NCBI GenBank assembly: GCA_002344005.1
Contig: DDTD01000043.1
Span: 1,746 to 65,745, forward strand
Source of the DNA: Ignavibacteria bacterium UBA2373
GTDB taxonomy: Bacteria > Bacteroidota > Ignavibacteria > Kapaibacteriales > UBA961
Reading direction: 5' to 3'
DNA length: 64,000 nucleotides
The position numbers and the translations under genes are program-made. Positions 49,669 to 60,600 of the stretch are shown here, in pieces. The first letter of the stretch is position 1. Each line of letters starts with the position of its first letter. Under the pieces are notes generated by a model that searched no databases, was not told the origin of the DNA, and saw nothing but the letters and a program-made list of their open reading frames with translations.

Positions 49669-50278
49669 AGCTAAATGACGAATCGGTTAAGACTTGTTGC
49701 TTCTTCCTTGCAAAGAATAACCTATAAATCAAATATATTAAACCACCTATAATAATTATTCCCAGAATTAAATTCAAGAAAGAAAATGTCGGCGGATATA
49801 CTTCTGTCATTCCATTGGCTCCTGTTACATAATGAGGACGTGAATAGTAAAACGCCGGATGGAACGGAGTCATCCACAATAAACTTGTCTGTCCCATCAT
49901 ATAACCCATCATAAATCCATCACTCATGCCGCCATAGCTGTGTACAACAACATTTTGTCTGCCATTGGCACCATTAATTGATTGAGTTGTAGATTTACGC
50001 GGTGTACCATAACTGGATCTATAATCTGCACCGGAACGGAATCTGCTCCCACCAAAACTACTGGTTGGTTTTGATGGTGAAGTAGATCGTCCAAAACTTT
50101 TTGACCTCGGTCTTGACGGCGAAGAATACGTTTTTGATGGCGAACGAAAACTACGAGAGCCTCCGAATGAACGACCACCGCCGCTTCGTCTTGCTTCAGC
50201 AATTGTCGGTTCTACTATAAATGCAAATATTGTTAATAGCATAACAATACAAGTGCGAGTATTAAATAAATGTTTCAT
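49667..50278 (-). CDS. hypothetical secreted protein with a Ser/Arg/Gly-rich low-complexity region and a C-terminal membrane anchor
   Basis: It has a signal peptide, repeats of RSFGGSRSFRSPSKTYSSPSRPRSKSF-type motifs, and a terminal hydrophobic helix followed by RKK. Confidence 0.45.
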   Translation of the reverse strand: MKHLFNTRTCIVMLLTIFAFIVEPTIAEARRSGGGRSFGGSRSFRSPSKTYSSPSRPRSKSFGRSTSPSKPTSSFGGSRFRSGADYRSSYGTPRKSTTQSINGANGRQNVVVHSYGGMSDGFMMGYMMGQTSLLWMTPFHPAFYYSRPHYVTGANGMTEVYPPTFSFLNLILGIIIIGGLIYLIYRLFFARKKQQVLTDSSFS

Positions 50279-50760
50279 GAAAATATCCTTTCGGTTTCTA
50301 AAGTGTCATCATCGTTTCTGAATGTTGCCTCAGCTTTAAATGTAGTTCCTTCTGCTAATGTCTGTTTGCCTTTAAATAATCCCATAAAACCGGATTTCTC
50401 ATTGGCAATTCCTGCTTTAATATGCACAAGTATATTCACTAAACCTTCAACAACCTCTTCATTAATAAATACAATGGTATTCTCAATCTCTCCATCACTT
50501 TCAACAGTAAGCTGCTGTAATTCGCGTGCTTCATCATCGTCAAATGAAGGTTCTCTTGTTTTAATCTGTTCGAGATAATCAGAAAACAACGCTTTATTGT
50601 AAATGATTTTATCGTTGCCTTCATACTGAATCACTGCGTCAAAAGTTCCATCCTCGTCAAGATTTAAGAATAATTCTTTAATTCCTGCAATCTGCTCACC
50701 ATTGATATATATTGCAGTTTTTTCGATTCTGCCATTACTTTCAATTGTTAATGTTCTCAT
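50275..50760 (-). CDS. hypothetical protein with an internal tandem duplication
   Basis: LTIESNGRIEKTAIYINGEQIAG aligns with LTVESDGEIENTIVFINEEVVEG. There is a 4-bp overlap with the downstream gene. Confidence 0.45.
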   Translation of the reverse strand: MRTLTIESNGRIEKTAIYINGEQIAGIKELFLNLDEDGTFDAVIQYEGNDKIIYNKALFSDYLEQIKTREPSFDDDEARELQQLTVESDGEIENTIVFINEEVVEGLVNILVHIKAGIANEKSGFMGLFKGKQTLAEGTTFKAEATFRNDDDTLETERIFS

Positions 50761-50799
50761 AGTAATTGATGTGTGTGAACGAACTATTATACGACATTA

Positions 50800-52764
50800 T
50801 TAATATTCTTGTTGCACTATAGTATAGTAACTACCTTCTTTACCTGCTATAACAAGGGAATAGTTTCTTCCTAAAGGTAATAATCCTGTTATTTCGGATA
50901 ATTTTTTTTCACCATTCCAAAAGGTCAGCAATAAACGCCTTTCAACAAATACAGGAGCTGCATCGCGAAATGAATTTTTGAATACATTCTCAGCAATAAT
51001 ACCAGTTGTTGGTGATGCTCCTTCGCTTACCGAAAGTCTTTCTTGATCCTGTGTAAGGTTTACACAGCGTCGTTTTGCTTCGCCATAACGTGTTGAACCT
51101 TGAGGTGTGCTAAAAGCAATCGCTGCATTGCCGGATTGTGATGTATATGTGTACAATGTATAATTACTGTCCGGGTTAATGATGAGATTGTAGGAAATAT
51201 CATCAGCAAAAATTTGGTAACTACCTTTTCTAACCACGGTACCTGTAGAGGAACGAAAATCTACATTGAGATTTGACAATGTATTTTCCACTGAAAATTT
51301 TACACCCCCTTTAGCGGAATTTGCTTGTACTAAAGAAACAAAAGATCCTTTATCTAATAATGGCAAAGACTCATTTTCAGCGTCAGTTGGTAATAAGCTT
51401 ACACGTGTTTGTCCGTCGAACATTGACCATGCAATAAGATAATAAGACTTTCCTCCTTCGAGATTACCTACGAACGCAGATTGAAGTTGTGCCGGTTGTT
51501 TAGTCGTAAATACTGTCAATGGTAATATGCCCGATGGAATGCTAACCGGCGAGGACATTGCACCATAGAGTAAACGTGAGGACAGTACTTCACCGGATAA
51601 TTGCTTGTTTCCTTGAACTGTTCGTGAACCTACTGCAAAAGTTAAATCAGTATGTTGTTGTATTAGATTAATGACATAAATCTTTGAAGAAAAAGGGTCT
51701 ATGGCTGTATTCATAATTTGTGGAAGAACTGCCAAGTATTTGCCGATTTTCTCGCTGCTGTCATTCGCGACAATAATATAGTTCTTTTGTACTTGTACGG
51801 GAAACTCGATGAGAGTGACTCTTTCACCATTATTTTCGATCGCAAAGGAATCAACGACTGATGATTTACATGCGCCAATTTCAGCAGATTCGCTTATAGC
51901 TGCTGATGCGACATCCTGCATTGGAATACTGATATTGTTCTCAATTTTCTTCAAACTCAATGAAGATTTTGATAAATTTAAGAATTTGACAAATGATTTT
52001 CTTTCCGGTACTTCTACCAAATTTTGTAGTGCATTCACTGTCTGGTCACGATCATTTATAACACTCAGTCCCGTCAAGCCATTTTGCTGTCTGAAAGTAA
52101 AAAAACTGTATGATGAAAACTCGTCTATTCTAAGTGCATATAATCCAAGTACATCTGTTCGTTTAGTTATTGAGTTAGTACGTAAAAGTGTAAGAGAGAG
52201 CGAGTTGTTGACAGATATTTCTTTAGATGAACTCTGTGATAAATAACCGTTGTCACGCAGTAGTTCTTCACCATTTTGGCATCCTTCTCTCAAAGAAAAT
52301 ACATATTGTGAATCAGGGAAACAATTGATAAGTCTAATTTCTGGATTGCGAGTTACCAAAGCACGCCGTGCTTGTGTCGTATAATAAAGCAAAGTATCAG
52401 CAGGTTTATTGCGTTTAGCTGTAATCCCGGGCAAGATAAAGTATGTGTGATAGTTGGTACGAGTGAATTGTAGTTTACGAAACGTTCTTTGTTCTTCAAT
52501 GCCATTATTGAGAATAATACCTGTAGCTGAGTCTCCGATAGGGGCACGAAAAATGGGTGATGCTGTTCCATAATTTGTCATTGCTGAAACAGAGTTTGTG
52601 CCAAAGGAAAGTTGGCGAGCATTCCCATCACCTGCTAAGTTTATGACCCTTAACATCATACTGTCTGTACCATCCGGAGGATTTACTAATACAGGGTTCT
52701 CATCAGCACAGCCAATAAGTATGACGGTAAATAAAGGTATGAATAGTAAGCGTATAAACTTCAT
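50800..52764 (-). CDS. large hypothetical lipoprotein
   Basis: It has a lipobox (ILIGCADE). The ORF track starts 12 nt upstream, at 52776. The repetitive beta-rich sequence matches no family that I can name. Confidence 0.5.
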   Translation of the reverse strand: MKFIRLLFIPLFTVILIGCADENPVLVNPPDGTDSMMLRVINLAGDGNARQLSFGTNSVSAMTNYGTASPIFRAPIGDSATGIILNNGIEEQRTFRKLQFTRTNYHTYFILPGITAKRNKPADTLLYYTTQARRALVTRNPEIRLINCFPDSQYVFSLREGCQNGEELLRDNGYLSQSSSKEISVNNSLSLTLLRTNSITKRTDVLGLYALRIDEFSSYSFFTFRQQNGLTGLSVINDRDQTVNALQNLVEVPERKSFVKFLNLSKSSLSLKKIENNISIPMQDVASAAISESAEIGACKSSVVDSFAIENNGERVTLIEFPVQVQKNYIIVANDSSEKIGKYLAVLPQIMNTAIDPFSSKIYVINLIQQHTDLTFAVGSRTVQGNKQLSGEVLSSRLLYGAMSSPVSIPSGILPLTVFTTKQPAQLQSAFVGNLEGGKSYYLIAWSMFDGQTRVSLLPTDAENESLPLLDKGSFVSLVQANSAKGGVKFSVENTLSNLNVDFRSSTGTVVRKGSYQIFADDISYNLIINPDSNYTLYTYTSQSGNAAIAFSTPQGSTRYGEAKRRCVNLTQDQERLSVSEGASPTTGIIAENVFKNSFRDAAPVFVERRLLLTFWNGEKKLSEITGLLPLGRNYSLVIAGKEGSYYTIVQQEY

Positions 52765-52855
52765 TGATATATCCAAGTTCTCAATCTCTAAAACGTGAGT
52801 ATGATAATAATATTGAGTGCAAAGAAATCACACAAGGTACTGAAATGATGTATTT

Positions 52856-53974
52856 TTGCATTTCAATTCACCAAAAATAGCGTATCAAGTAATGCAAGAA
52901 AAAATTCGTAGTATAATTGATAGATTTCATGAAGTCGAACATTCGCTGATGGATCCTTCTGTTTCTGCTGATATAGCACAGTTTAGAGTATTGTCGAAGG
53001 AGTTCAAATCACTTGAGCCGTTGGCACTCATGGGAAAAGACTATCTTACTGTAATTGAACAAGTTGAAGTAATTAAGCAACTCATAGAGGATTCGGCTAT
53101 TGAACCGGAGTTGCGGGATATGGCGTATGAGGAACAGAATCAGTTGCGTGAGCAAATTGCGCATATTGAAGCCGAGCTAAAGATACTTTTATTGCCAAAA
53201 GATCCGAATGATGCAAAAAATTGTATCATTGAGGTACGGGCAGGCACAGGTGGAGATGAAGCGGGGATTTTTGTCGGTGATTTATTCCGAATGTATCAGC
53301 GATTTGCCGAGCGTGCGGGGTTTACGCTTGAAGTTATTGATATGAATGAAAGCGAAAGAGGAGGATTCAAAGAAATAGTATTTTCACTTGAAGGTGAGAG
53401 CGTCTTTGGAACTATGAAATATGAGAGTGGAGTTCATCGTGTGCAACGTGTACCTGAAACAGAAGCCAATGGAAGGATACACACTTCGGCTGCAACGGTC
53501 GCTGTGCTGCCCGAGGCGGAAGAAATAGATATAGACATTCGTGAACAAGACTTGCGAGTTGATATTTTCAGATCAGGTGGTAAAGGTGGTCAAAATGTGA
53601 ATAAAGTGGAAACGGCTGTGCGTTTAACGCATATTCCCACAGGAATTGTGGTGCAGTGTCAAGATGAACGTTCACAATTAAAGAATCGCCAAAAAGCAAT
53701 GAAAGTATTACGAGCTCGACTATATGAGATGGAATCTGAGAAAGCTCACGCAGAGATGTCGTCAGCAAGAAAAGATTTGGTAAAAACAGGCGATAGGTCA
53801 GAAAAAATCAGAACATATAATTACCCACAAAATCGCGTAACGGATCATCGTTTGGAAGGTGATGCTAAAAACTATCCATTGCGTGATGTAATAGATGGTA
53901 ACTTAGGTATTGTCTTAGAGCAATTACAACTTGCCGAAAAAACAGAAATGCTTAAACTTGGTTTGTCAATATAA
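52856..53974 (+). CDS. prfA: peptide chain release factor 1
   Basis: The GGQ motif ([11 protein letters not shown]) and the RF1-type tripeptide PxT (RVPET) are present. The true start may be the Met at 52892. Confidence 0.9.
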   Translation: MHFNSPKIAYQVMQEKIRSIIDRFHEVEHSLMDPSVSADIAQFRVLSKEFKSLEPLALMGKDYLTVIEQVEVIKQLIEDSAIEPELRDMAYEEQNQLREQIAHIEAELKILLLPKDPNDAKNCIIEVRAGTGGDEAGIFVGDLFRMYQRFAERAGFTLEVIDMNESERGGFKEIVFSLEGESVFGTMKYESGVHRVQRVPETEANGRIHTSAATVAVLPEAEEIDIDIREQDLRVDIFRSGGKGGQNVNKVETAVRLTHIPTGIVVQCQDERSQLKNRQKAMKVLRARLYEMESEKAHAEMSSARKDLVKTGDRSEKIRTYNYPQNRVTDHRLEGDAKNYPLRDVIDGNLGIVLEQLQLAEKTEMLKLGLSI

Positions 53975-54041
53975 ACACCAAATTTATTATGCTTATGGAA
54001 CAACGGCACTTGTTTATATTCTCTTCTTCTGTTAAAATATT

Positions 54042-56183
54042 ATGAACAACATAAGTAAATATTATTGTATTGCTTTATTACTCGTACTTTCCTTGTCCGG
54101 TACGGGGTGTCGTACGTATGATAATTTCACAACATTTTTTAATACATATTACAATGCCGAACGGTTAATGAAGGAATCAGAGGATGAATTTGAATTCTCT
54201 GCAATTGCAGTCAAAAAACCGCCACGTACATTAGTTCCACTTGATAGCGGGGTGTTGTTCGGCGGAAATCAGCCAAATCGTAACGAAACAGCTCCTTTTA
54301 TTAGGGACTATATCATAGATAAAGCACGTATTCAACCGGTACAAACAAAATTGGATTCCGTATTAATTAAAGGATCAAAAATTCTGCAAAGACACCCTAA
54401 ATCTAATTTTATTGAGGGTTCTCTTTTTTTAATGGCAAAATCATATTATTATAAAAATGATTGGATGAATGCCGAAATTAAATGCAGTGAACTTGTTGAT
54501 TTATTCCCATTTGGAGATTTATCCCCCGATGCTCACCTTTTAATGGCTCAAGCATATTTTATAGAACGTAAATATATTTTGGGCGAACAAGCTTTGTCAC
54601 GTTGTATTGACATAGCATGGTATAAAGATAGATATGATATTCTTGCTGAAGCATTTAAGTTTTCAGCGGAACATTATATATATTTTAATGAGGTTGATAA
54701 AGCTGTGCGTCCTTACAAACAAGCAATAGCAATAACAGAAAGCGGTGCACAAGCATCAAAATGGCATCTTGAGTTAGGTTCTATTTACTATCGCCTTTCA
54801 CGCTGGGAAGAAGCCGAAAAAGAATTCCATCAAGTTGGAGATTTTGATGTGGACTTGTTAGGGGAATATGAAGCCAGACTCTTCAGAGCATCAAGTCTTA
54901 TATATATGAAAAAGTATCAAGAAGCGGAAGAAATTCTTGATGCAATGTCGTCCAATGAAAACTATAAAGATTGGGAAGGTTCGTTGTTAGCTGAAAAGAT
55001 GCGTCTGTATAGATTATCCGGTAAAGATTCTTTGTTTATTGATTCAGAAAAAAAGGCTGACACATATTCGGGAAATCCTAATATTGCCGCTATGTACTTC
55101 GAAAAAGGTATGGAATATTTCAGAAAGAATGATTATGTCAAAAGTCGTATTTATTTTGCAAAATCGCGAGGTGCAAAATCACCTGTTGCCCGAGCCGCGA
55201 ATGAATATTATACTTTGCTGAACGAAATGGAAACAAATAAAATTGAAATCCATAAAACAAATCAACTTGTGAAAAAAAATGTTCCAATCACTGATACTGT
55301 AAAAACATTAACTGCTGCGAGATATTTCGCCGTTGGAAGAGTGTTTGAAAAAATCGGTAAACATGATTCAGCTTTACATTACTTTTATAAAGCGGCGGAT
55401 TCTTGTCCTCAATCGTCACCTGAAAGAGCACAATTTCTATATTCAATACATCGTAAAATAAAAGACTCACTTCCTACTGTTGCCGATTCTTTAATGGAAA
55501 TTATGGCAACTACTTATGGAAAAACCGAGTATGGTAAAGAAGCCAGAGTAAAATTAGGATTTACTGAACTTGCGGAGATAGATACAGCAGGGGATTATTA
55601 TAACAGCGGTTCACGATTCCGACTCACGGGAAATGATAGTTTAGCGATAAGACAATATAAAACTGTATTTAAACAATTTCCACAATCAAAGTATGCCGCT
55701 CGTTCTCTCTATGCCGTTGGTTGGATATTCGAGAGAAAATTACTTTTATTGGACAGTGCAATCTTTTACTATAAAAAATTAGTCGCTGATTATCCAATGT
55801 CTGATTATGCTTTAGAAGTTGCTCCGTCATTATCCGCATGGGATCAAAAACGGGTGCCGCCGCGTCCTGATTCACTGCAACAAAAAGCATTTCAATCATC
55901 AACCATATCCGGTCAGCAACAATCGGTGGATACATTACAGTCACAATCAAATACAATACAAGTTGTGACAGATCCAAATGTACAATCTATGCCTGTGGAT
56001 AATGTTCCAGATCAGAAGGACTCATCATTTCCATTAAAGCTACCAACATCATTAAAAGATGTATTAAAAATGGACATACCGTCAGAATTACCTAAACTTG
56101 ATAGCTTTAATCCATTTAAAAGTAAATCTGATACAACGAAAAATTCAAGACAAGACACAGTCCCTTCGAAGAAAAAGCCATGA
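54042..56183 (+). CDS. TPR-repeat lipoprotein
   Basis: It has a lipobox (LSGTGCRT) and multiple TPR-like helical repeats. The C-terminal tail is low-complexity. Confidence 0.6.
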   Translation: MNNISKYYCIALLLVLSLSGTGCRTYDNFTTFFNTYYNAERLMKESEDEFEFSAIAVKKPPRTLVPLDSGVLFGGNQPNRNETAPFIRDYIIDKARIQPVQTKLDSVLIKGSKILQRHPKSNFIEGSLFLMAKSYYYKNDWMNAEIKCSELVDLFPFGDLSPDAHLLMAQAYFIERKYILGEQALSRCIDIAWYKDRYDILAEAFKFSAEHYIYFNEVDKAVRPYKQAIAITESGAQASKWHLELGSIYYRLSRWEEAEKEFHQVGDFDVDLLGEYEARLFRASSLIYMKKYQEAEEILDAMSSNENYKDWEGSLLAEKMRLYRLSGKDSLFIDSEKKADTYSGNPNIAAMYFEKGMEYFRKNDYVKSRIYFAKSRGAKSPVARAANEYYTLLNEMETNKIEIHKTNQLVKKNVPITDTVKTLTAARYFAVGRVFEKIGKHDSALHYFYKAADSCPQSSPERAQFLYSIHRKIKDSLPTVADSLMEIMATTYGKTEYGKEARVKLGFTELAEIDTAGDYYNSGSRFRLTGNDSLAIRQYKTVFKQFPQSKYAARSLYAVGWIFERKLLLLDSAIFYYKKLVADYPMSDYALEVAPSLSAWDQKRVPPRPDSLQQKAFQSSTISGQQQSVDTLQSQSNTIQVVTDPNVQSMPVDNVPDQKDSSFPLKLPTSLKDVLKMDIPSELPKLDSFNPFKSKSDTTKNSRQDTVPSKKKP

Positions 56184-58264
56184 CACAGAAAAGTAATACA
56201 CATGCGAGAGAACCTAATTCTCTAATTTATGAAGTATCGCCGTATTTGTTACAACATGCGTATAATCCTATTGAGTGGCATTCCTGGAATGATGATACAT
56301 TCAAAAAAGCAGAAAAATTGCAAAAGCTCATTTTTTTAAGTATAGGTTATTCTACTTGTCATTGGTGTCATGTGATGGAAGATGAATCATTTGAAGATGA
56401 GGAGGTCGCTTCGATTCTCAATGAATATTTTATACCGATTAAATTAGACAGAGAAGAAAGACCTGATATAGATGCTGTATATATGGAGGTATGTCAGGCA
56501 CTTACAGGGCATGGTGGATGGCCTCTTACGATTGTGATGACTCCTGCAAAAAAGCCATTTTTTGCAGGAACATATTTTCCAAAATATCAGACTCATAATC
56601 GCCCCGGACTGCTCAATATTCTTTTAAAAATTAAAGATTTATGGAATAATAACTTAGATGAAGTTGTAGAGACTGCTGAATCTATTGTAGAACGAATTCA
56701 ATTATTCCACCGACAGGAACAAGAACAAATTTCGACAATATCAAAAGATATTTTTTATACCACATCTCATAAAATACTTGATCGTTATGATAGAGAATAT
56801 GGGGGTATGAAAAGAGCACCTAAATTCCCAACACCGCATCTTTATATGTTATTACTGCGATTGTCGAAAAAAACGGATAATAGTGATTGTTTGCATGCTG
56901 TGGAGCATACAGCCACAGCTATGAGAAAAGGTGGTATATTCGATCATATCGGACATGGTTTTCATAGATATAGTACCGATGTAATATGGACACTGCCACA
57001 TTTCGAAAAAATGCTCTATGATCAAGCAATGCTACTTTTTCTTTATGTAGAACTATTCCAAAAAACACAAAAAGATATATACAAACAAATAGCTCGTGAA
57101 ATTATTTCTTATGTACAGCGTTCATTAATGTCAGATGAAGGTTTATTCTTTTCTGCTGAAGATGCAGATAGTGAAGGTGAAGAAGGAAAATATTATCTAT
57201 GGTCGGTAGAAGAAATATATAATTTACTTCCTCCAGCAGATGCGGATACCTTTTTACGTGAGTATTCATTTTCCGGAGATGGTAATTATCATGATGAAAC
57301 AACACATGAGCGTAATGGAAAAAATATACCGTATATTCAACCAAATATAGATGATGATAAATTAAGCGATATATTGCAGAAAACAGAACAAATACGCATC
57401 AATCTTTTGAAACAAAGAGAATTACGTATAAAACCTTTTCTTGATGATAAAGTCCTGACAGATTGGAATGCTCTTTTTATCGCTTCTCTGGCGTATGCTG
57501 CCCGTGTATTCAATGATGATAGATTAGAAGATTTGGTAAAAAAATCTTTTACAACACTTGAACAAACTGTGATAAAAAACACAAAAATTTATCACAGATA
57601 CCGTCATAAGAATATTGCAATTACAGCGTTTCTTGATGATATTGCATGTCTGGCTTGGGCATCGTGGGAATTGTTCCTCTTAACTTCGCAAAAAGAGTAT
57701 CTGCTTAAATCTGAAGAATATTGTCGTTTATTAATTGTGAACTTTTACGATTCCGGTCATGGTGGCTTTTATACTACGGGTATTGAAAGTGAGCAAACAC
57801 CTTTTGGTCGTCTGAAGCAATGGCATGATGGAGCAATGCCTTCGGGCAATTCTATTGCATGCCATGTTTTGGCGCGTGTTGGTACTTTTATAAATAATAG
57901 CGAATATATTAATATTGTATTTACAACTATATATCGGCAGGCTGAGAATATTACTCAAAATCCCTCAAGTTATGCCTTCTTACTTTCAGTACTCGACTAC
58001 TTGACTTCTCATCGTAAAGTGATTATTGTCTCAACACCGGATAAATCTAACCTTAAATTTCAACAAATGTACGCACTGCTTCTTTCAAAAAGTGATGCAA
58101 ATACTACGGTTATTGCAAATTATGGTACGAACCTACCTTTACTTTATTCAACACAGTTTAATGATGCACAACCATGTGTTTTTATATGTGAGCATTATAG
58201 TTGTTTAAGACCATTATTGACTATTCAAGAAGTTGAAGAATATATTGCGGAACAGAATTCATGA
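56180..58264 (+). CDS. thioredoxin-domain protein (DUF255/YyaL family, N-acylglucosamine-2-epimerase-like fold)
   Basis: The N-terminal sequence FLSIGYSTCHWCHVMEDESFEDEEVASILNEYFIPIKLDREERPDID is present, along with a long alpha/alpha-toroid-like C-terminal region. Confidence 0.75.
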   Translation: MTQKSNTHAREPNSLIYEVSPYLLQHAYNPIEWHSWNDDTFKKAEKLQKLIFLSIGYSTCHWCHVMEDESFEDEEVASILNEYFIPIKLDREERPDIDAVYMEVCQALTGHGGWPLTIVMTPAKKPFFAGTYFPKYQTHNRPGLLNILLKIKDLWNNNLDEVVETAESIVERIQLFHRQEQEQISTISKDIFYTTSHKILDRYDREYGGMKRAPKFPTPHLYMLLLRLSKKTDNSDCLHAVEHTATAMRKGGIFDHIGHGFHRYSTDVIWTLPHFEKMLYDQAMLLFLYVELFQKTQKDIYKQIAREIISYVQRSLMSDEGLFFSAEDADSEGEEGKYYLWSVEEIYNLLPPADADTFLREYSFSGDGNYHDETTHERNGKNIPYIQPNIDDDKLSDILQKTEQIRINLLKQRELRIKPFLDDKVLTDWNALFIASLAYAARVFNDDRLEDLVKKSFTTLEQTVIKNTKIYHRYRHKNIAITAFLDDIACLAWASWELFLLTSQKEYLLKSEEYCRLLIVNFYDSGHGGFYTTGIESEQTPFGRLKQWHDGAMPSGNSIACHVLARVGTFINNSEYINIVFTTIYRQAENITQNPSSYAFLLSVLDYLTSHRKVIIVSTPDKSNLKFQQMYALLLSKSDANTTVIANYGTNLPLLYSTQFNDAQPCVFICEHYSCLRPLLTIQEVEEYIAEQNS

Positions 58265-59715
58265 AATTTGTTATCCTATCACTACTGTGGCTTTCAAATT
58301 TACTTGCAACATATTTCTTGTTTAGTGTAAGTACATATGGAATATCAATGGTAGATATAATCAGTATTGTTATTGCACTGTATGCAACGTATTCTATTGT
58401 GTGGAAAGGTGAACCGTTCATTGTGCCACCGTTTCCTGTTTTGTTATGGTTAAGTGGTTTAACTTTAGCTGTTTTTCTATCTGCGATGATTCCGTTACTC
58501 TCAAGTAATGCAGAAATGCAACTACAGTGGATAAAAACTACGTTACACTATATCTATGTTTTAATACTGGGAGTGGCAATTATCGGTTCAAACTTTACTA
58601 TAAACGATATATATAAAGCGTATAAGATACATATATATTTTTCCGTATTGGTCAGTACATTTGGCATTTATCAATTATTTGCGCGAGCTTTTGATTTACC
58701 TTTTGCCTGGATTACTATGTCAACAAATACAAATTTAGCTCGAGGTATGGATTTTAAAGAATGGGGTCAGTTGAGTCTGAATTATGGCTCATTTTTCAGA
58801 GCAACATCTATTTTCTCCGAGCCTTCAACATTTGCCGGTTATACTGCACAAATACTCTCTTTACTTTTTACTACAATATCGCAAACATCGGCTCAATTTG
58901 TAAACAACAAGTTATTTTGGTGGTTAATTGTTATCGTGAATCTTGTCGGATTATTGCTTGCTTTTTCACTGACAGGTTTATTGTTGTCGGTCATACTTAT
59001 CGTAACATATTTACTCTATGAGCGAAAAATATCTTTAAGCGGTGTATTGATATTTGGGTTGGTTTTACCCTTCTTACTTGTTTTTGCGGATACTATAGTA
59101 TTCATGTACACCGATGTAAGTGTCATTGAATTATTTGCTCAAAGAGTTGGTGGTATTTATAGTATCTTGTTTGGAGGAACTATACAGACTACGGGTGGTG
59201 AATCCTTTTTTGGTAGATTAGATACGATGATACGGGGATTTTGGATATGGGTTGAGTATCCTATAACAGGATTTGGATTGGGTTGTGTATATCTTTATGA
59301 TAGAGCGAATCAAATAACATATATTGATTCTACATTTTTCACGGTTCTTGCAGAAACCGGTATCGTAGGTATGTTCTTTTTTATAGGGATGTATGCTATT
59401 ATGTTTCGTTATCTGTTCTTTACTATGAGAAGCCGACTTCAATCAGTGGTATTGTCTGCAGAAGCCCAAAGTCTAATAGCAATAATTCCATATTTGTATA
59501 TTGCACAAGTTGCAATACTTTTTACGACATCTTTTTTTGTTTCATTTTGGATATATCAAACGTTTGGAATAATTATATCCATCATCATTGCTGTATATTC
59601 TGAGTCGGGGTTGCCTCTGCAAAAAATATATGTAATGGATGAACCATTACAAACACGATTCTACCGCAATTTGAAACGCTTAACAAATTCACAAACTCAT
59701 GGTGAAATCCTATGA
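58261..59715 (+). CDS. polytopic membrane protein, O-antigen ligase/Wzy-like
   Basis: It has about 10-12 transmembrane segments and a large loop, in the same operon as folD and near glycosyltransferase genes. Confidence 0.45.
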   Translation: MKFVILSLLWLSNLLATYFLFSVSTYGISMVDIISIVIALYATYSIVWKGEPFIVPPFPVLLWLSGLTLAVFLSAMIPLLSSNAEMQLQWIKTTLHYIYVLILGVAIIGSNFTINDIYKAYKIHIYFSVLVSTFGIYQLFARAFDLPFAWITMSTNTNLARGMDFKEWGQLSLNYGSFFRATSIFSEPSTFAGYTAQILSLLFTTISQTSAQFVNNKLFWWLIVIVNLVGLLLAFSLTGLLLSVILIVTYLLYERKISLSGVLIFGLVLPFLLVFADTIVFMYTDVSVIELFAQRVGGIYSILFGGTIQTTGGESFFGRLDTMIRGFWIWVEYPITGFGLGCVYLYDRANQITYIDSTFFTVLAETGIVGMFFFIGMYAIMFRYLFFTMRSRLQSVVLSAEAQSLIAIIPYLYIAQVAILFTTSFFVSFWIYQTFGIIISIIIAVYSESGLPLQKIYVMDEPLQTRFYRNLKRLTNSQTHGEIL

Positions 59716-60599
59716 TAATAAATGGAAAAGAAATTGCACAAACAATTCAGTTAGAATTAGCTGAAAAAACAAAAGATTTAGTTGCTAAAACTTCTGTAAA
59801 ACCTGGACTTGCATTGTTATTGGTTGGTGATAACTCAGCATCACAAGTCTATGTTCGTTCCAAAGCAAAAGCTTGTGAAAAGATTGGTTTTCATTCAGTA
59901 ATTCTTACATTACCGGAACAATCTTCTGAAAGTGATGTGCTTGCGGTTATTTCTGCGTGGAATAATAACAACACTATTCATGGAATATTAGTCCAATTAC
60001 CCTTACCAAAACACATTAACGAAGTGAATGTGATTATGGCGATTGATCCCGATAAAGATGTTGATGGATTTCATCCGGTTAATGTCGGTAAATTAGTGAC
60101 AGGAATCGGTGGTTTTGTGCCATGTACACCGGCGGGTATTGTAGAATTATTGGTTCGAAATTCAATTCAAACATCAGGCAAACATGTTGTTGTTGTTGGA
60201 AGAAGTAATATTGTTGGCAAACCTATCGCAAACTTATTATATCAAAAATCTTCTCGAGGTAATGCTGTCGTCACAATATGTCATACGGGTGCCTCCGACA
60301 TTCGCTATTATACTAAACAGGCGGATATACTTATTGCGGCAATTGGTGTGGCACATAGGATTACGGCAGATGACATTAAACATGGCGCAGTGGTCATTGA
60401 TGTTGGGATTAATCGTATTAATGATTCAAAATCTGAAAAAGGGTATTCAATTGTTGGTGATGTGGATTATGACAGCGTTTTGCCGTATGTTTCGGCTATT
60501 ACTCCGGTTCCCGGTGGAGTAGGTCCAATGACCATTGCAATGCTTTTAACAAATACATTGACTGCAGCCCAAAATTATGCAAAAAGTGTGCAAATATAA
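59712..60599 (+). CDS. folD: bifunctional methylenetetrahydrofolate dehydrogenase/cyclohydrolase
   Basis: MIINGKEIAQ..., LLVGDNSASQVYVRSK and PGGVGPMT are present. Confidence 0.9.
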   Translation: MIINGKEIAQTIQLELAEKTKDLVAKTSVKPGLALLLVGDNSASQVYVRSKAKACEKIGFHSVILTLPEQSSESDVLAVISAWNNNNTIHGILVQLPLPKHINEVNVIMAIDPDKDVDGFHPVNVGKLVTGIGGFVPCTPAGIVELLVRNSIQTSGKHVVVVGRSNIVGKPIANLLYQKSSRGNAVVTICHTGASDIRYYTKQADILIAAIGVAHRITADDIKHGAVVIDVGINRINDSKSEKGYSIVGDVDYDSVLPYVSAITPVPGGVGPMTIAMLLTNTLTAAQNYAKSVQI

Positions 60600-60600
60600 T

